Origin: Laetmonice hystrix
Taxonomy: Eukaryota
Length of the DNA: 64,000 bases
Assembly (NCBI GenBank): GCA_965235115.1
Contig: OZ249440.1
Span: forward strand, 32,800,001-32,864,000
Direction: 5' to 3'
A program made the translations under genes and the position numbers. The notes beneath the pieces are model-generated. The model was given only the letters and a program-made list of their open reading frames with translations. It was not told where the DNA came from and made no database searches. Shown here in pieces: positions 1-12,978 of the stretch. The first letter of the stretch is position 1, and every line of letters begins with the position of its first letter.

Positions 1-23
1 GCGTCCTTTGAACTTAGTGCTGT

Positions 24-350
24 CTAGACACAACCGGCCCTTCTGGACTGGCCGGCCCTTTCAGACTGTGACACCGGGCCAACCCAGCCCCAGGTCCCGC
101 TTACGACCCTGACGCCCGACCCTTCAAGCGGGTGGCGGGACGTCCCGCCCGGCCCGCTCCTCCGCTCCCTAGACTCAGAGATGCTGACCTGAACATGAAG
201 GAACTCTCGTAGCTTCAGCTTCAACTTCTTTTCCTCTCCGGCACTTGTATGAATGAGTTGAAGCCTTCCTCTCTCGCCGCACACAAAACACTCAGCGACA
301 TTCCCTTTGACTGGGGTATCAACATGTTCGTGGCGGGCCGCCATCGCCAT
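24..350 (-). other. Short ORF with CxxC motif (possible zf-AD-like N-terminus of a TE- or host-derived gene); copies at 6634-6960 and 13642-13968
   Basis: MAMAARHEHVDTPVKGNVAECFVCGERGRLQLI...LREFLHVQ, followed by a possible GT donor. Loosely resembles the ORF at 46091. No downstream exon identified. Confidence 0.25.
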
Positions 351-1313
351 AGTTTTCGGAAGTCAAACGTGACATGCACAGAGACCTCTTCCGTCGGGAA
401 TTCCGTACAAAATGGCGTCCAAAATGGTGCTACATTACAGTCCCACTCTGCACATAGCGAGTGGACTGTTTCCGGTCTACACAATGGACACTCTTTACGA
501 TCCTTTGTCGTTCACTAGTTTCGCGAATGATCAACAAGTCCTTCCCACCTGTAATGTAAAACCAAACATTCATTATCAATCAGAAACTGTCATTAAGTCT
601 TGTATTTGTCAAAAGAAATAGACACCTGGATATATTTAATTTAACTTTTAAAAATTTCCCCCTGGATTTACGAGATTTCTAATGAGCCATACACATATAT
701 AATCATATGTATGTATACACATAGCCCCATCCACACATACCCACAGTAACATATAAATATGCATCCATTCATGCATACAGACATTACACATATTTTTACT
801 CGATGGTCATTTGGTCATTGTTATGAGTAAATCTGTGAAAATCGGCTGAAAACAATAATGAATAATAATGGGGGTGGGGGGTGGGGGGTGGGGACGTGGG
901 CGACATTTTTACATCTTGTCACAGTTACTACATCGGTGGACCTCATTGTTCGGCATCTAACAGTCAACACAAGGTTAAATTGTGGCCGCACGCGGCACTG
1001 TCCCGTTATGACAGGTGTTGACCGCGACTTGCTGGCGACCGGGTGTCACGGTCCCGGGGTTCCTGTCAGTCCGAAAGTTCCTATATCCAATCAATGTCTA
1101 TGTGACTATACTATAATCCAATACACCAGGAGGGTAGGGGCCGCTGCAATCGGAGGTTCAACCTGCAGCAAGTTCATGACTTCCCCCAGTGTGGCTCTCT
1201 GGACGAGTAGTGCTAAGCGCTGAACACTTTTAAGCACCACAATATCTTTAGCGCCGTTGTATATGTTTCTGTGTTCTCCCCGACCTTGTACTGTTGGTGC
1301 TCCTCGGTGGAAT

Positions 1314-4300
1314 CCCGGTACAATACAGATTAACGTCTATCTGACGTTAAAATGATTCCATAACCTGACGTCAAACTAAGGTCAAGCTGTGGTCAGTGGT
1401 GAACATCAGTATGGCGACATATGACTAATGTACGACGCCGATGTCAAAAGTCTGATATGCCCTTTCTGCTTCGGACGTTGTAGTGTCTTGTAGGCTCCAG
1501 TCAGAGATCTTCCGCAACACTGCATAGACAACTTCCTTTGGAGAGGAACCTTTACGTGGTGCCCTTCCTAGCGTTTCATCCTGTGAACATAACCATTGGG
1601 AAAATCCTATGAATAGCTGGTTAGATTATTATGTTCGTTTTTCTTTCCAAAAAGCATGGAACGTTCCTAAAAAATTGTTTCTAAAAATTTCATTTACGTC
1701 ATAAATATCTGATATTTGATTGGAAACAGTTTTAGAACACTTTAATATAAAAGCGTTTAATTCTTGACACATCAATTAAGAAGTTGCAAGGAACTCTCTG
1801 TTTCCAGGAGTTGACTGAATATTGCTAACCATTTTATCAAGCTCTTCTTGGTTTGAAAGACGTCCTGGAGATGAGATCCATCGGCCTGGAGAGGTTGGCA
1901 TCTTTGGGCCTCTATTGATGACTCAACGTCTTCTGTTTTATTTGGGCCACCTTGGCATTGGCATATGAAAAATGAATAAACAGACAAACATTTTTAACAA
2001 ACCGAAACGGGTAGTAATTCGCACAGCAGGGCTCAGAATGAATTGCAGGTCGAGTTTCTGATTTTGACAAAAATAGGTTTCTACGTATACCCTATCTAAC
2101 TAATCCTTAAAGGAAATAGGTCTAAATCAAATCCAGCCAGAAAGTTTTGGCTAAATCAGTTTTGTGATGAGTCTGTCTTGGAATTGACCTCAGTAGATTA
2201 TACATAAAATACATGGTTGCTAAGGAAATTCTGCCTGTGATCCTATTACTTTTGACTTCACGCGTGGCATGATGTGCGGACATGTGTTTCCAAACGAACA
2301 GATCAAACATCAGGGTGACACAACCCCGACCTAGTCCCGGCCTTAAATCCTATACCTCCACACTCTAAGTAGGTTAATTTCGAATTTTATTGCCCAGCAA
2401 CATGCCAGCCTCACCCTCTCAGTGGGAACTTAGGCATATGACCAACGCGTGTAGAATATACGACATAATATGCCTACATAGTACATGTATACTTCCATAC
2501 ACAAATCTACATATTATGTAGACCTTGAAAGTCAAAAAGATTATTATAATAATTCCAAAATTGGAACATCCAATCAATCCTGCGTGTCAAAAGTAACATA
2601 TTTTTTTTAGAAAGGTGAAAGAATTAAATGTTGTTTTAAATTTGCCATGGGACTCTAGATTTAAAAAAAAGGTGTGGGGAAGGGGTCCGCCATAAACGTA
2701 AAATATACAATTTTTGTAAGACTACATCGGAGGCGGGGCTGTTGGAAGAATTATCTTAGAACAAAGGAATGCTTGATCTAAATTGGCGGGAAATAGCGAC
2801 CGCTATATAGATTTAGTTCACTTAGGGTTTCCTAAGTTTAATAAATAAAACATATCATTACATAGCACACTGCATGGCACATATTTTTTTCTAAAATAAT
2901 GGCGTAGCCGACTTACGTGTTTGTAGCCTGTATTGGAGAGACGTAGCATCTTGAATGCTGTCGAAGTCTGCACCCATCCAGGAGGGATTCGGTCAACTGA
3001 ATTTCGCGCCAACGAGTACGCGCTGACCTGGGACCACGACCTCCTGACCTCGGTCATTTCCCCGCTCCAGCAGGCGGTCGCTTGCATGATGCTGCGTGTA
3101 GAACGCTGCACTCTATATATAGGAGGCTGTATACTACAGACTTTCCAACCTCTGGGGGGGGGAGGTCTGGCTGGCAGCCTCATCAGGCACGTGTTTGATC
3201 TGGGGCTTTCTCTGCACGGTGTATTTTTTTGCAATCTGTGGGGCAGAGTCATTGTTTCAAAAAGGTAGGCCTACATAATGATGGCACAAAAGGCCAATAG
3301 CCATACATTCCAGAGAAATAAGAGTTCTAAAAGTCCCTGGAAATATTTATTCCTAACCTGACTTGCAAAATTCACCGCCACTGCATGATAGTTAAAGGAA
3401 ATCTGTGGTTAGAACTAGGCCTACTCACCAGTGCAGAGAAATGTATAAAAAAACAGAAATGTGTGTGATAAGCATCTTCCCGCGTGTGAGCGTGTGAGGA
3501 GCCAGTCTCGGTAACGCCAGACTCTCAGAGAAGATAATCTAGATATATGCATTGTCTTACTATAAGGTCTGGCTATTGCAGTGTGTTAATTCGGGAAAGA
3601 CTGAGGGATGTAACCACAAAAGTTCATAATAATCAATTTGCCTGCATACATAAGCAGTAGGCCTATTCACCTATAACATTATTAAAAGAGCTATAAATTA
3701 ATGTTCAGATTGTGGAGTCCCACTTTTTATTCAGAATTAATTAATTAAAAATATTTTTCCTACGGCATCTGCAATAGTAATGTGTAGAACACGCCATAAT
3801 AACACCACATTTGATATTAGTTGAACAATATTCGACCAATTACCGCAACTTTAGGAGTTAAAGTTATCGCCTTTCAGTGTAACTCGCCAACAGCATCTGG
3901 GCGGGCAAGAAATGTGAAATAGTCACTTTTCCTGATTACGCATGAATTCACCTAATTCCGTTAATATAGCTTCTTTGCCACCTAAAGAAATGATCTGTGG
4001 TGCTGTTCTCCTTGTTTAATATTACATGGGGCCAAAAAAACTTCAATTAAGCACCCTGTACCCCAGGCGCTTGTGCTGCCTCCTATCGGTTATCGGACGT
4101 GGTGGCCACTTTACTATAATTGGTACATAAACTTTGCATTTCCTGGATTCATTTTCAGATATCGTCGTTCACAAAAACACTTTGTTTAAATGCACGTTTA
4201 GGCCTACGATGAGGATGCCACGTGTATCTTTCCCTATGGATTGGTTTAATATGTTTAGGCCTATTATAACTGGCATTGTAGTGCATACATGTATATTATA

Positions 4301-5968
4301 CGGTAATTAGATCATATACCTGCTATTAGGCCGGGTGTTAATATGTCAATAAAATATCTTTAAAACAGTCTCAAACAAACCGCTTGAGAATCTAGGTTAT
4401 TATAATTATCATTGGAAGTTGTAATGCCGGAATCCCCATACCAATGTAGGCGTGCACATGTACAAAGATGTTATGAACAACTCTAGGCTGGAACAATTTG
4501 CCAGTGAAACTATAAGGTCAATCGACACGTACCAGAAGTCTAAAGCTATGTAGAGAGAATATATGGATTATTGTAATAGGCCCTATTTATAATATAGTTC
4601 AAATAATTGTGAGCATATCAAGAGCCTGTTAATTTCTTCTCACAAGTATACTGTAATACGTTTGGACATACTTGCGTGACAATATAAAGTAAAAGTTTCT
4701 TGTGCCTAATTCCTATAATAATAAATAAGAGTATGCAAAGTTATAATGATGCTTCTGGGGGTATGAAAACCGCTATAACTTTATGTAAAACCGATATCTG
4801 GAAGCTAGATCGGCCTGCATGCTTTCCGGGCCGGCTTTCTGAACGACAAAAAAAAAATAGGCCTCACTCTCTTCGCATGAGAAAAAGAACACAATAGATA
4901 TAAAGTAAGAGGCCATTTCACTAGGTTGACGTTATTAGATTCTCTATACATGATTCTTAAGCATGTCCTTGTATTGACGTCTATCTGCCGTGAGTTCTAA
5001 AACGTCCAGCCAACGCCTGGGGATTAACGTCGGATAGACGTCGATTCTAGTACGTCCTGACAACCTCTGAGTTTTGACGTCTATCTGACGTGAATTCTTA
5101 GACGTCCAGCCGACGTCTGTGGATTGACGTCAGATAGACGTCGATTCTTAGACATCCTAGCAACGTCTGAGTATTGACGTCTATCTGACGTGAATTCTTA
5201 GACGTCCAGCCGACGTCTGTGGATTGACGTCAGATAGACATCGATTCTGGTACGTCCTGGCAACCTCTAAGTATTGACGTCTATCTGACGTCAATTCTTA
5301 GATGTCCTGTCAACGTCTGCGGATTGACGTCAGATAGCCGTCATTTCTTAGACGTCCTAGCAACGTCTGAGTATTGACGTCTATTTGACGTCAATTCACA
5401 GACGTCCAGTCGACGTCTGGGGATTGATGTCAGATAGACGTCGTTTCTCAGACGGCCTAGCAACGTATGGGTATTATCGTCTATCTGACGTCAAGTCTTA
5501 GACGTCCAACCGACGTCTGGGGGTTGACGTCAGATAGACGTTGTTTTTTTAGACGTCCTGCCAACGTCTGGGTTTTGTCGTCTATCTGACGTCAATTCTT
5601 AGACGTCCAGCCGACGTCTGCAGATTGACGTCTATCTGACGTAGATTCTTAGACGTCCTATCAATGTCTCAGTATTGACGTCTATCTGACGTCAATTCTT
5701 AGACATCCTGTCAACGTCTCAGTATTGACGTCTATCTGACGTCACTTCTTAGACGTCCTGTCAACGTCTCAGTATTGACGTCTATCTGACGTCAATTCTT
5801 AGACGTCCTGTCAACGTCTCAGTATTGACGTCTATCTGACGTCAATTCCTAGACGTCCTGTCAACGTCTCAGTATTGACGTCAGCCAGACGTTGCAAAGT
5901 GGTTGTCGACGTCGCAACTAAGATTCAACCAAAATATGACGTTGATTCGACGTCATGTGCCCACTGGG
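1314..5968. mobile_element. Non-autonomous EnSpm/CACTA-like DNA transposon (CCC...GGG termini), copy 1
   Basis: Termini AT|CCCGGT...ACTGGG|AT give a 2-bp TSD. The ACGTCTATCTGACGT motif occurs near both ends, and there is a long subterminal array at 4971-5890. No transposase ORF. Confidence 0.6.
4971..5890. repeat. 50-bp tandem array (25-bp subunits, 100-bp higher order) rich in GACGTC palindromes
   Basis: Consensus gtattGACGTCtatctGACGTCaattcttaGACGTCctgtcAACGTCtca. In the left part, alternate monomers carry the core in inverted form (GACGTCAGATAGACGTC). Confidence 0.95.
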
Positions 5969-7923
5969 ATGGGGAAATATTCTGTCATTATCGCGTAAAT
6001 GGGACAAATATTATAGGCCTATACAATGTAATAGGCCTAGATCGATATTTATGCACGCCTTCAGCGCTTCTAAAGTGGGGCTTTGTCCGCCACATCGTCG
6101 ACCGCCCCCCCCCCCCCCCCCCAGTGAGAAATCCTGATGTGTGACCACTGGGTCAGTAAAATATGTCCTTCCTAAGTCCCGGTTGCGACAAACAAAATGG
6201 ACGAAAATGAACTTAAAATGTATAACTTCTTCATATACGATTATGGGCCTTATATGCATATCTGGAATCGAACCTATAGATCTAGACTCTATAGCAGACA
6301 ACAAAAAACTGGGGTTTAAAACACACTTATCGGCCCTATTACAAACTTCTTAAACTGACATATTATGAGCTTTGTAGCAATAAAACCAAAAATGAACTCA
6401 AAGCTCTATTCACATAGGCCCTTATTAACATATACCATTCACAATTACATTTCTAACTTGCAAGCCAAGGAAAGGCAACAATGATACCCCTACCCTATTC
6501 TGGGTGAGTGTGTCTTCCCTTGTTGGTGTCAAGCGGAACGTCTGGCATAGTCGCCGCGGTCGCGAGCATCACTTTCGGCTAACGCGGGAAGTGAGTTATG
6601 GCTCGCATGCGCGTCCTTTGAACTTAGTGCTGTCTAGACACAACCGGCCCTTCTGGACTGGCCGGCCCTTTCAGACTGTGACACCGGGCCAACCCAGCCC
6701 CAGGTCCCGCTTACGACCCTGACGCCCGACCCTTCAAGCGGGTGGCGGGACGTCCCGCCCGGCCCGCTCCTCCGCTCCCTAGACTCAGAGATGCTGACCT
6801 GAACATGAAGGAACTCTCGTAGCTTCAGCTTCAACTTCTTTTCCTCTCCGGCACTTGTATGAATGAGTTGAAGCCTTCCTCTCTCGCCGCACACAAAACA
6901 CTCAGCGACATTCCCTTTGACTGGGGTATCAACATGTTCGTGGCGGGCCGCCATCGCCATAGTTTTCGGAAGTCAAACGTGACATGCACAGAGACCTCTT
7001 CCGTCGGGAATTCCGTACAAAATGGCGTCCAAAATGGTGCTACATTACAGTCCCACTCTGCACATAGCGAGTGGACTGTTTCCGGTCTACACAATGGACA
7101 CTCTTTACGATCCTTTGTCGTTCACTAGTTTCGCGAATGATCAACAAGTCCTTCCCACCTGTAATGTAAAACCAAACATTCATTATCAATCAGAAACTGT
7201 CATTAAGTCTTGTATTTGTCAAAAGAAATAGACACCTGGATATATTTAATTTAACTTTTAAAAATTTCCCCCTGGATTTACGAGATTTCTAATGAGCCAT
7301 ACACATATATAATCATATGTATGTATACACATAGCCCCATCCACACATACCCACAGTAACATATAAATATGCATCCATTCATGCATACAGACATTACACA
7401 TATTTTTACTCGATGGTCATTTGGTCATTGTTATGAGTAAATCTGTGAAAATCGGCTGAAAACAATAATGAATAATAATGGGGGTGGGGGGTGGGGGGTG
7501 GGGACGTGGGCGACATTTTTACATCTTGTCACAGTTACTACATCGGTGGACCTCATTGTTCGGCATCTAACAGTCAACACAAGGTTAAATTGTGGCCGCA
7601 CGCGGCACTGTCCCGTTATGACAGGTGTTGACCGCGACTTGCTGGCGACCGGGTGTCACGGTCCCGGGGTTCCTGTCAGTCCGAAAGTTCCTATATCCAA
7701 TCAATGTCTATGTGACTATACTATAATCCAATACACCAGGAGGGTAGGGGCCGCTGCAATCGGAGGTTCAACCTGCAGCAAGTTCATGACTTCCCCCAGT
7801 GTGGCTCTCTGGACGAGTAGTGCTAAGCGCTGAACACTTTTAAGCACCACAATATCTTTAGCGCCGTTGTATATGTTTCTGTGTTCTCCCCGACCTTGTA
7901 CTGTTGGTGCTCCTCGGTGGAAT

Positions 7924-10900
7924 CCCGGTACAATACAGATTAACGTCTATCTGACGTTAAAATGATTCCATAACCTGACGTCAAACTAAGGTCAAGCTGT
8001 GGTCAGTGGTGAACATCAGTATGGCGACATATGACTAATGTACGACGCCGATGTCAAAAGTCTGATATGCCCTTTCTGCTTCGGACGTTGTAGTGTCTTG
8101 TAGGCTCCAGTCAGAGATCTTCCGCAACACTGCATAGACAACTTCCTTTGGAGAGGAACCTTTACGTGGTGCCCTTCCTAGCGTTTCATCCTGTGAACAT
8201 AACCATTGGGAAAATCCTATGAATAGCTGGTTAGATTATTATGTTCGTTTTTCTTTCCAAAAAGCATGGAACGTTCCTAAAAAATTGTTTCTAAAAATTT
8301 CATTTACGTCATAAATATCTGATATTTGATTGGAAACAGTTTTAGAACACTTTAATATAAAAGCGTTTAATTCTTGACACATCAATTAAGAAGTTGCAAG
8401 GAACTCTCTGTTTCCAGGAGTTGACTGAATATTGCTAACCATTTTATCAAGCTCTTCTTGGTTTGAAAGACGTCCTGGAGATGAGATCCATCGGCCTGGA
8501 GAGGTTGGCATCTTTGGGCCTCTATTGATGACTCAACGTCTTCTGTTTTATTTGGGCCACCTTGGCATTGGCATATGAAAAATGAATAAACAGACAAACA
8601 TTTTTAACAAACCGAAACGGGTAGTAATTCGCACAGCAGGGCTCAGAATGAATTGCAGGTCGAGTTTCTGATTTTGACAAAAATAGGTTTCTACGTATAC
8701 CCTATCTAACTAATCCTTAAAGGAAATAGGTCTAAATCAAATCCAGCCAGAAAGTTTTGGCTAAATCAGTTTTGTGATGAGTCTGTCTTGGAATTGACCT
8801 CAGTAGATTATACATAAAATACATGGTTGCTAAGGAAATTCTGCCTGTGATCCTATTACTTTTGACTTCACGCGTGGCATGATGTGCGGACATGTGTTTC
8901 CAAACGAACAGATCAAACATCAGGGTGACACAACCCCGACCTAGTCCCGGCCTTAAATCCTATACCTCCACACTCTAAGTAGGTTAATTTCGAATTTTAT
9001 TGCCCAGCAACATGCCAGCCTCACCCTCTCAGTGGGAACTTAGGCATATGACCAACGCGTGTAGAATATACGACATAATATGCCTACATAGTACATGTAT
9101 ACTTCCATACACAAATCTACATATTATGTAGACCTTGAAAGTCAAAAAGATTATTATAATAATTCCAAAATTGGAACATCCAATCAATCCTGCGTGTCAA
9201 AAGTAACATATTTTTTTTAGAAAGGTGAAAGAATTAAATGTTGTTTTAAATTTGCCATGGGACTCTAGATTTAAAAAAAAGGTGTGGGGAAGGGGTCCGC
9301 CATAAACGTAAAATATACAATTTTTGTAAGACTACATCGGAGGCGGGGCTGTTGGAAGAATTATCTTAGAACAAAGGAATGCTTGATCTAAATTGGCGGG
9401 AAATAGCGACCGCTATATAGATTTAGTTCACTTAGGGTTTCCTAAGTTTAATAAATAAAACATATCATTACATAGCACACTGCATGGCACATATTTTTTT
9501 CTAAAATAATGGCGTAGCCGACTTACGTGTTTGTAGCCTGTATTGGAGAGACGTAGCATCTTGAATGCTGTCGAAGTCTGCACCCATCCAGGAGGGATTC
9601 GGTCAACTGAATTTCGCGCCAACGAGTACGCGCTGACCTGGGACCACGACCTCCTGACCTCGGTCATTTCCCCGCTCCAGCAGGCGGTCGCTTGCATGAT
9701 GCTGCGTGTAGAACGCTGCACTCTATATATAGGAGGCTGTATACTACAGACTTTCCAACCTCTGGGGGGGGGAGGTCTGGCTGGCAGCCTCATCAGGCAC
9801 GTGTTTGATCTGGGGCTTTCTCTGCACGGTGTATTTTTTTGCAATCTGTGGGGCAGAGTCATTGTTTCAAAAAGGTAGGCCTACATAATGATGGCACAAA
9901 AGGCCAATAGCCATACATTCCAGAGAAATAAGAGTTCTAAAAGTCCCTGGAAATATTTATTCCTAACCTGACTTGCAAAATTCACCGCCACTGCATGATA
10001 GTTAAAGGAAATCTGTGGTTAGAACTAGGCCTACTCACCAGTGCAGAGAAATGTATAAAAAAACAGAAATGTGTGTGATAAGCATCTTCCCGCGTGTGAG
10101 CGTGTGAGGAGCCAGTCTCGGTAACGCCAGACTCTCAGAGAAGATAATCTAGATATATGCATTGTCTTACTATAAGGTCTGGCTATTGCAGTGTGTTAAT
10201 TCGGGAAAGACTGAGGGATGTAACCACAAAAGTTCATAATAATCAATTTGCCTGCATACATAAGCAGTAGGCCTATTCACCTATAACATTATTAAAAGAG
10301 CTATAAATTAATGTTCAGATTGTGGAGTCCCACTTTTTATTCAGAATTAATTAATTAAAAATATTTTTCCTACGGCATCTGCAATAGTAATGTGTAGAAC
10401 ACGCCATAATAACACCACATTTGATATTAGTTGAACAATATTCGACCAATTACCGCAACTTTAGGAGTTAAAGTTATCGCCTTTCAGTGTAACTCGCCAA
10501 CAGCATCTGGGCGGGCAAGAAATGTGAAATAGTCACTTTTCCTGATTACGCATGAATTCACCTAATTCCGTTAATATAGCTTCTTTGCCACCTAAAGAAA
10601 TGATCTGTGGTGCTGTTCTCCTTGTTTAATATTACATGGGGCCAAAAAAACTTCAATTAAGCACCCTGTACCCCAGGCGCTTGTGCTGCCTCCTATCGGT
10701 TATCGGACGTGGTGGCCACTTTACTATAATTGGTACATAAACTTTGCATTTCCTGGATTCATTTTCAGATATCGTCGTTCACAAAAACACTTTGTTTAAA
10801 TGCACGTTTAGGCCTACGATGAGGATGCCACGTGTATCTTTCCCTATGGATTGGTTTAATATGTTTAGGCCTATTATAACTGGCATTGTAGTGCATACAT

Positions 10901-12978
10901 GTATATTATACGGTAATTAGATCATATACCTGCTATTAGGCCGGGTGTTAATATGTCAATAAAATATCTTTAAAACAGTCTCAAACAAACCGCTTGAGAA
11001 TCTAGGTTATTATAATTATCATTGGAAGTTGTAATGCCGGAATCCCCATACCAATGTAGGCGTGCACATGTACAAAGATGTTATGAACAACTCTAGGCTG
11101 GAACAATTTGCCAGTGAAACTATAAGGTCAATCGACACGTACCAGAAGTCTAAAGCTATGTAGAGAGAATATATGGATTATTGTAATAGGCCCTATTTAT
11201 AATATAGTTCAAATAATTGTGAGCATATCAAGAGCCTGTTAATTTCTTCTCACAAGTATACTGTAATACGTTTGGACATACTTGCGTGACAATATAAAGT
11301 AAAAGTTTCTTGTGCCTAATTCCTATAATAATAAATAAGAGTATGCAAAGTTATAATGATGCTTCTGGGGGTATGAAAACCGCTATAACTTTATGTAAAA
11401 CCGATATCTGGAAGCTAGATCGGCCTGCATGCTTTCCGGGCCGGCTTTCTGAACGACAAAAAAAAAATAGGCCTCACTCTCTTCGCATGAGAAAAAGAAC
11501 ACAATAGATATAAAGTAAGAGGCCATTTCACTAGGTTGACGTTATTAGATTCTCTATACATGATTCTTAAGCATGTCCTTGTATTGACGTCTATCTGCCG
11601 TGAGTTCTAAAACGTCCAGCCAACGCCTGGGGATTAACGTCGGATAGACGTCGATTCTAGTACGTCCTGACAACCTCTGAGTTTTGACGTCTATCTGACG
11701 TGAATTCTTAGACGTCCAGCCGACGTCTGTGGATTGACGTCAGATAGACGTCGATTCTTAGACATCCTAGCAACGTCTGAGTATTGACGTCTATCTGACG
11801 TGAATTCTTAGACGTCCAGCCGACGTCTGTGGATTGACGTCAGATAGACATCGATTCTGGTACGTCCTGGCAACCTCTAAGTATTGACGTCTATCTGACG
11901 TCAATTCTTAGATGTCCTGTCAACGTCTGCGGATTGACGTCAGATAGCCGTCATTTCTTAGACGTCCTAGCAACGTCTGAGTATTGACGTCTATTTGACG
12001 TCAATTCACAGACGTCCAGTCGACGTCTGGGGATTGATGTCAGATAGACGTCGTTTCTCAGACGGCCTAGCAACGTATGGGTATTATCGTCTATCTGACG
12101 TCAAGTCTTAGACGTCCAACCGACGTTTGGGGGTTGACGTCAGATAGACGTTGTTTTTTAGACGTCCTGCCAACGTCTGGGTTTTGTCGTCTATCTGACG
12201 TGAATTCTTAGACGTCCAGCCGACGTCTGTGGATTGACGTCAGATAGACATCGATTATGGTACGTCCTGGCAACCTCTAAGTATTGACGTCTATCTGACG
12301 TCAATTCTTAGATGTCCTGTCAACGTCTGCGGATTGACGTCAGATAGCCGTCATTTCTTAGACGTCCTAGCAACGTCTGAGTATTGACGTCTATTTGACG
12401 TCAATTCACAGACGTCCAGTCGACGTCTGGGGATTGATGTCAGATAGACGTCGTTTCTTAGACGGCCTAGCAACGTATGGGTATTATCGTCTATCTGACG
12501 TCAAGTCTTAGACGTCCAACCGACGTCTGGGGGTTGACGTCAGATAGACGTTGTTTTTTTAGACGTCCTGCCAACGTCTTGGTTTTGTCGTCTATCTGAC
12601 GTCAATTCTTAGACGTCCAGCCGACGTCTGCAGATTGACGTCTATCTGACGTAGATTCTTAGACGTCCTATCAATGTCTCAGTATTGACGTCTATCTGAC
12701 GTCAATTCTTAGACATCCTGTCAACGTCTCAGTATTGACGTCTATCTGACGTCACTTCTTAGACGTCCTGTCAACGTCTCAGTATTGACGTCTATCTGAC
12801 GTCAATTCTTAGACGTCCTGTCAACGTCTCAGTATTGACGTCTATCTGACGTCAATTCCTAGACGTCCTGTCAACGTCTCAGTATTGACGTCAGCCAGAC
12901 GTTGCAAAGTGGTTGTCGACGTCGCAACTAAGATTCAACCAAAATATGACGTTGATTCGACGTCATGTGCCCACTGGG
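7924..12978. mobile_element. Non-autonomous EnSpm/CACTA-like element, copy 2 (within duplicated unit)
   Basis: Same termini and AT TSD as 1314-5968; array 400 bp longer. Confidence 0.6.
11581..12900. repeat. 50-bp GACGTC tandem array, expanded copy
   Basis: Same as 4971-5890, plus duplication of ~11790-12189 at ~12190-12589. Confidence 0.95.

Noticed and set aside
1450..3252. Possible minus-strand exons inside the CACTA-like element
   Set aside because: Splice-like sites exist but no coherent protein or domain could be assembled.
4971..5890. CRISPR-like array of palindromic repeats
   Set aside because: The intervening sequences are themselves repeats rather than unique spacers; no cas genes; eukaryotic context.
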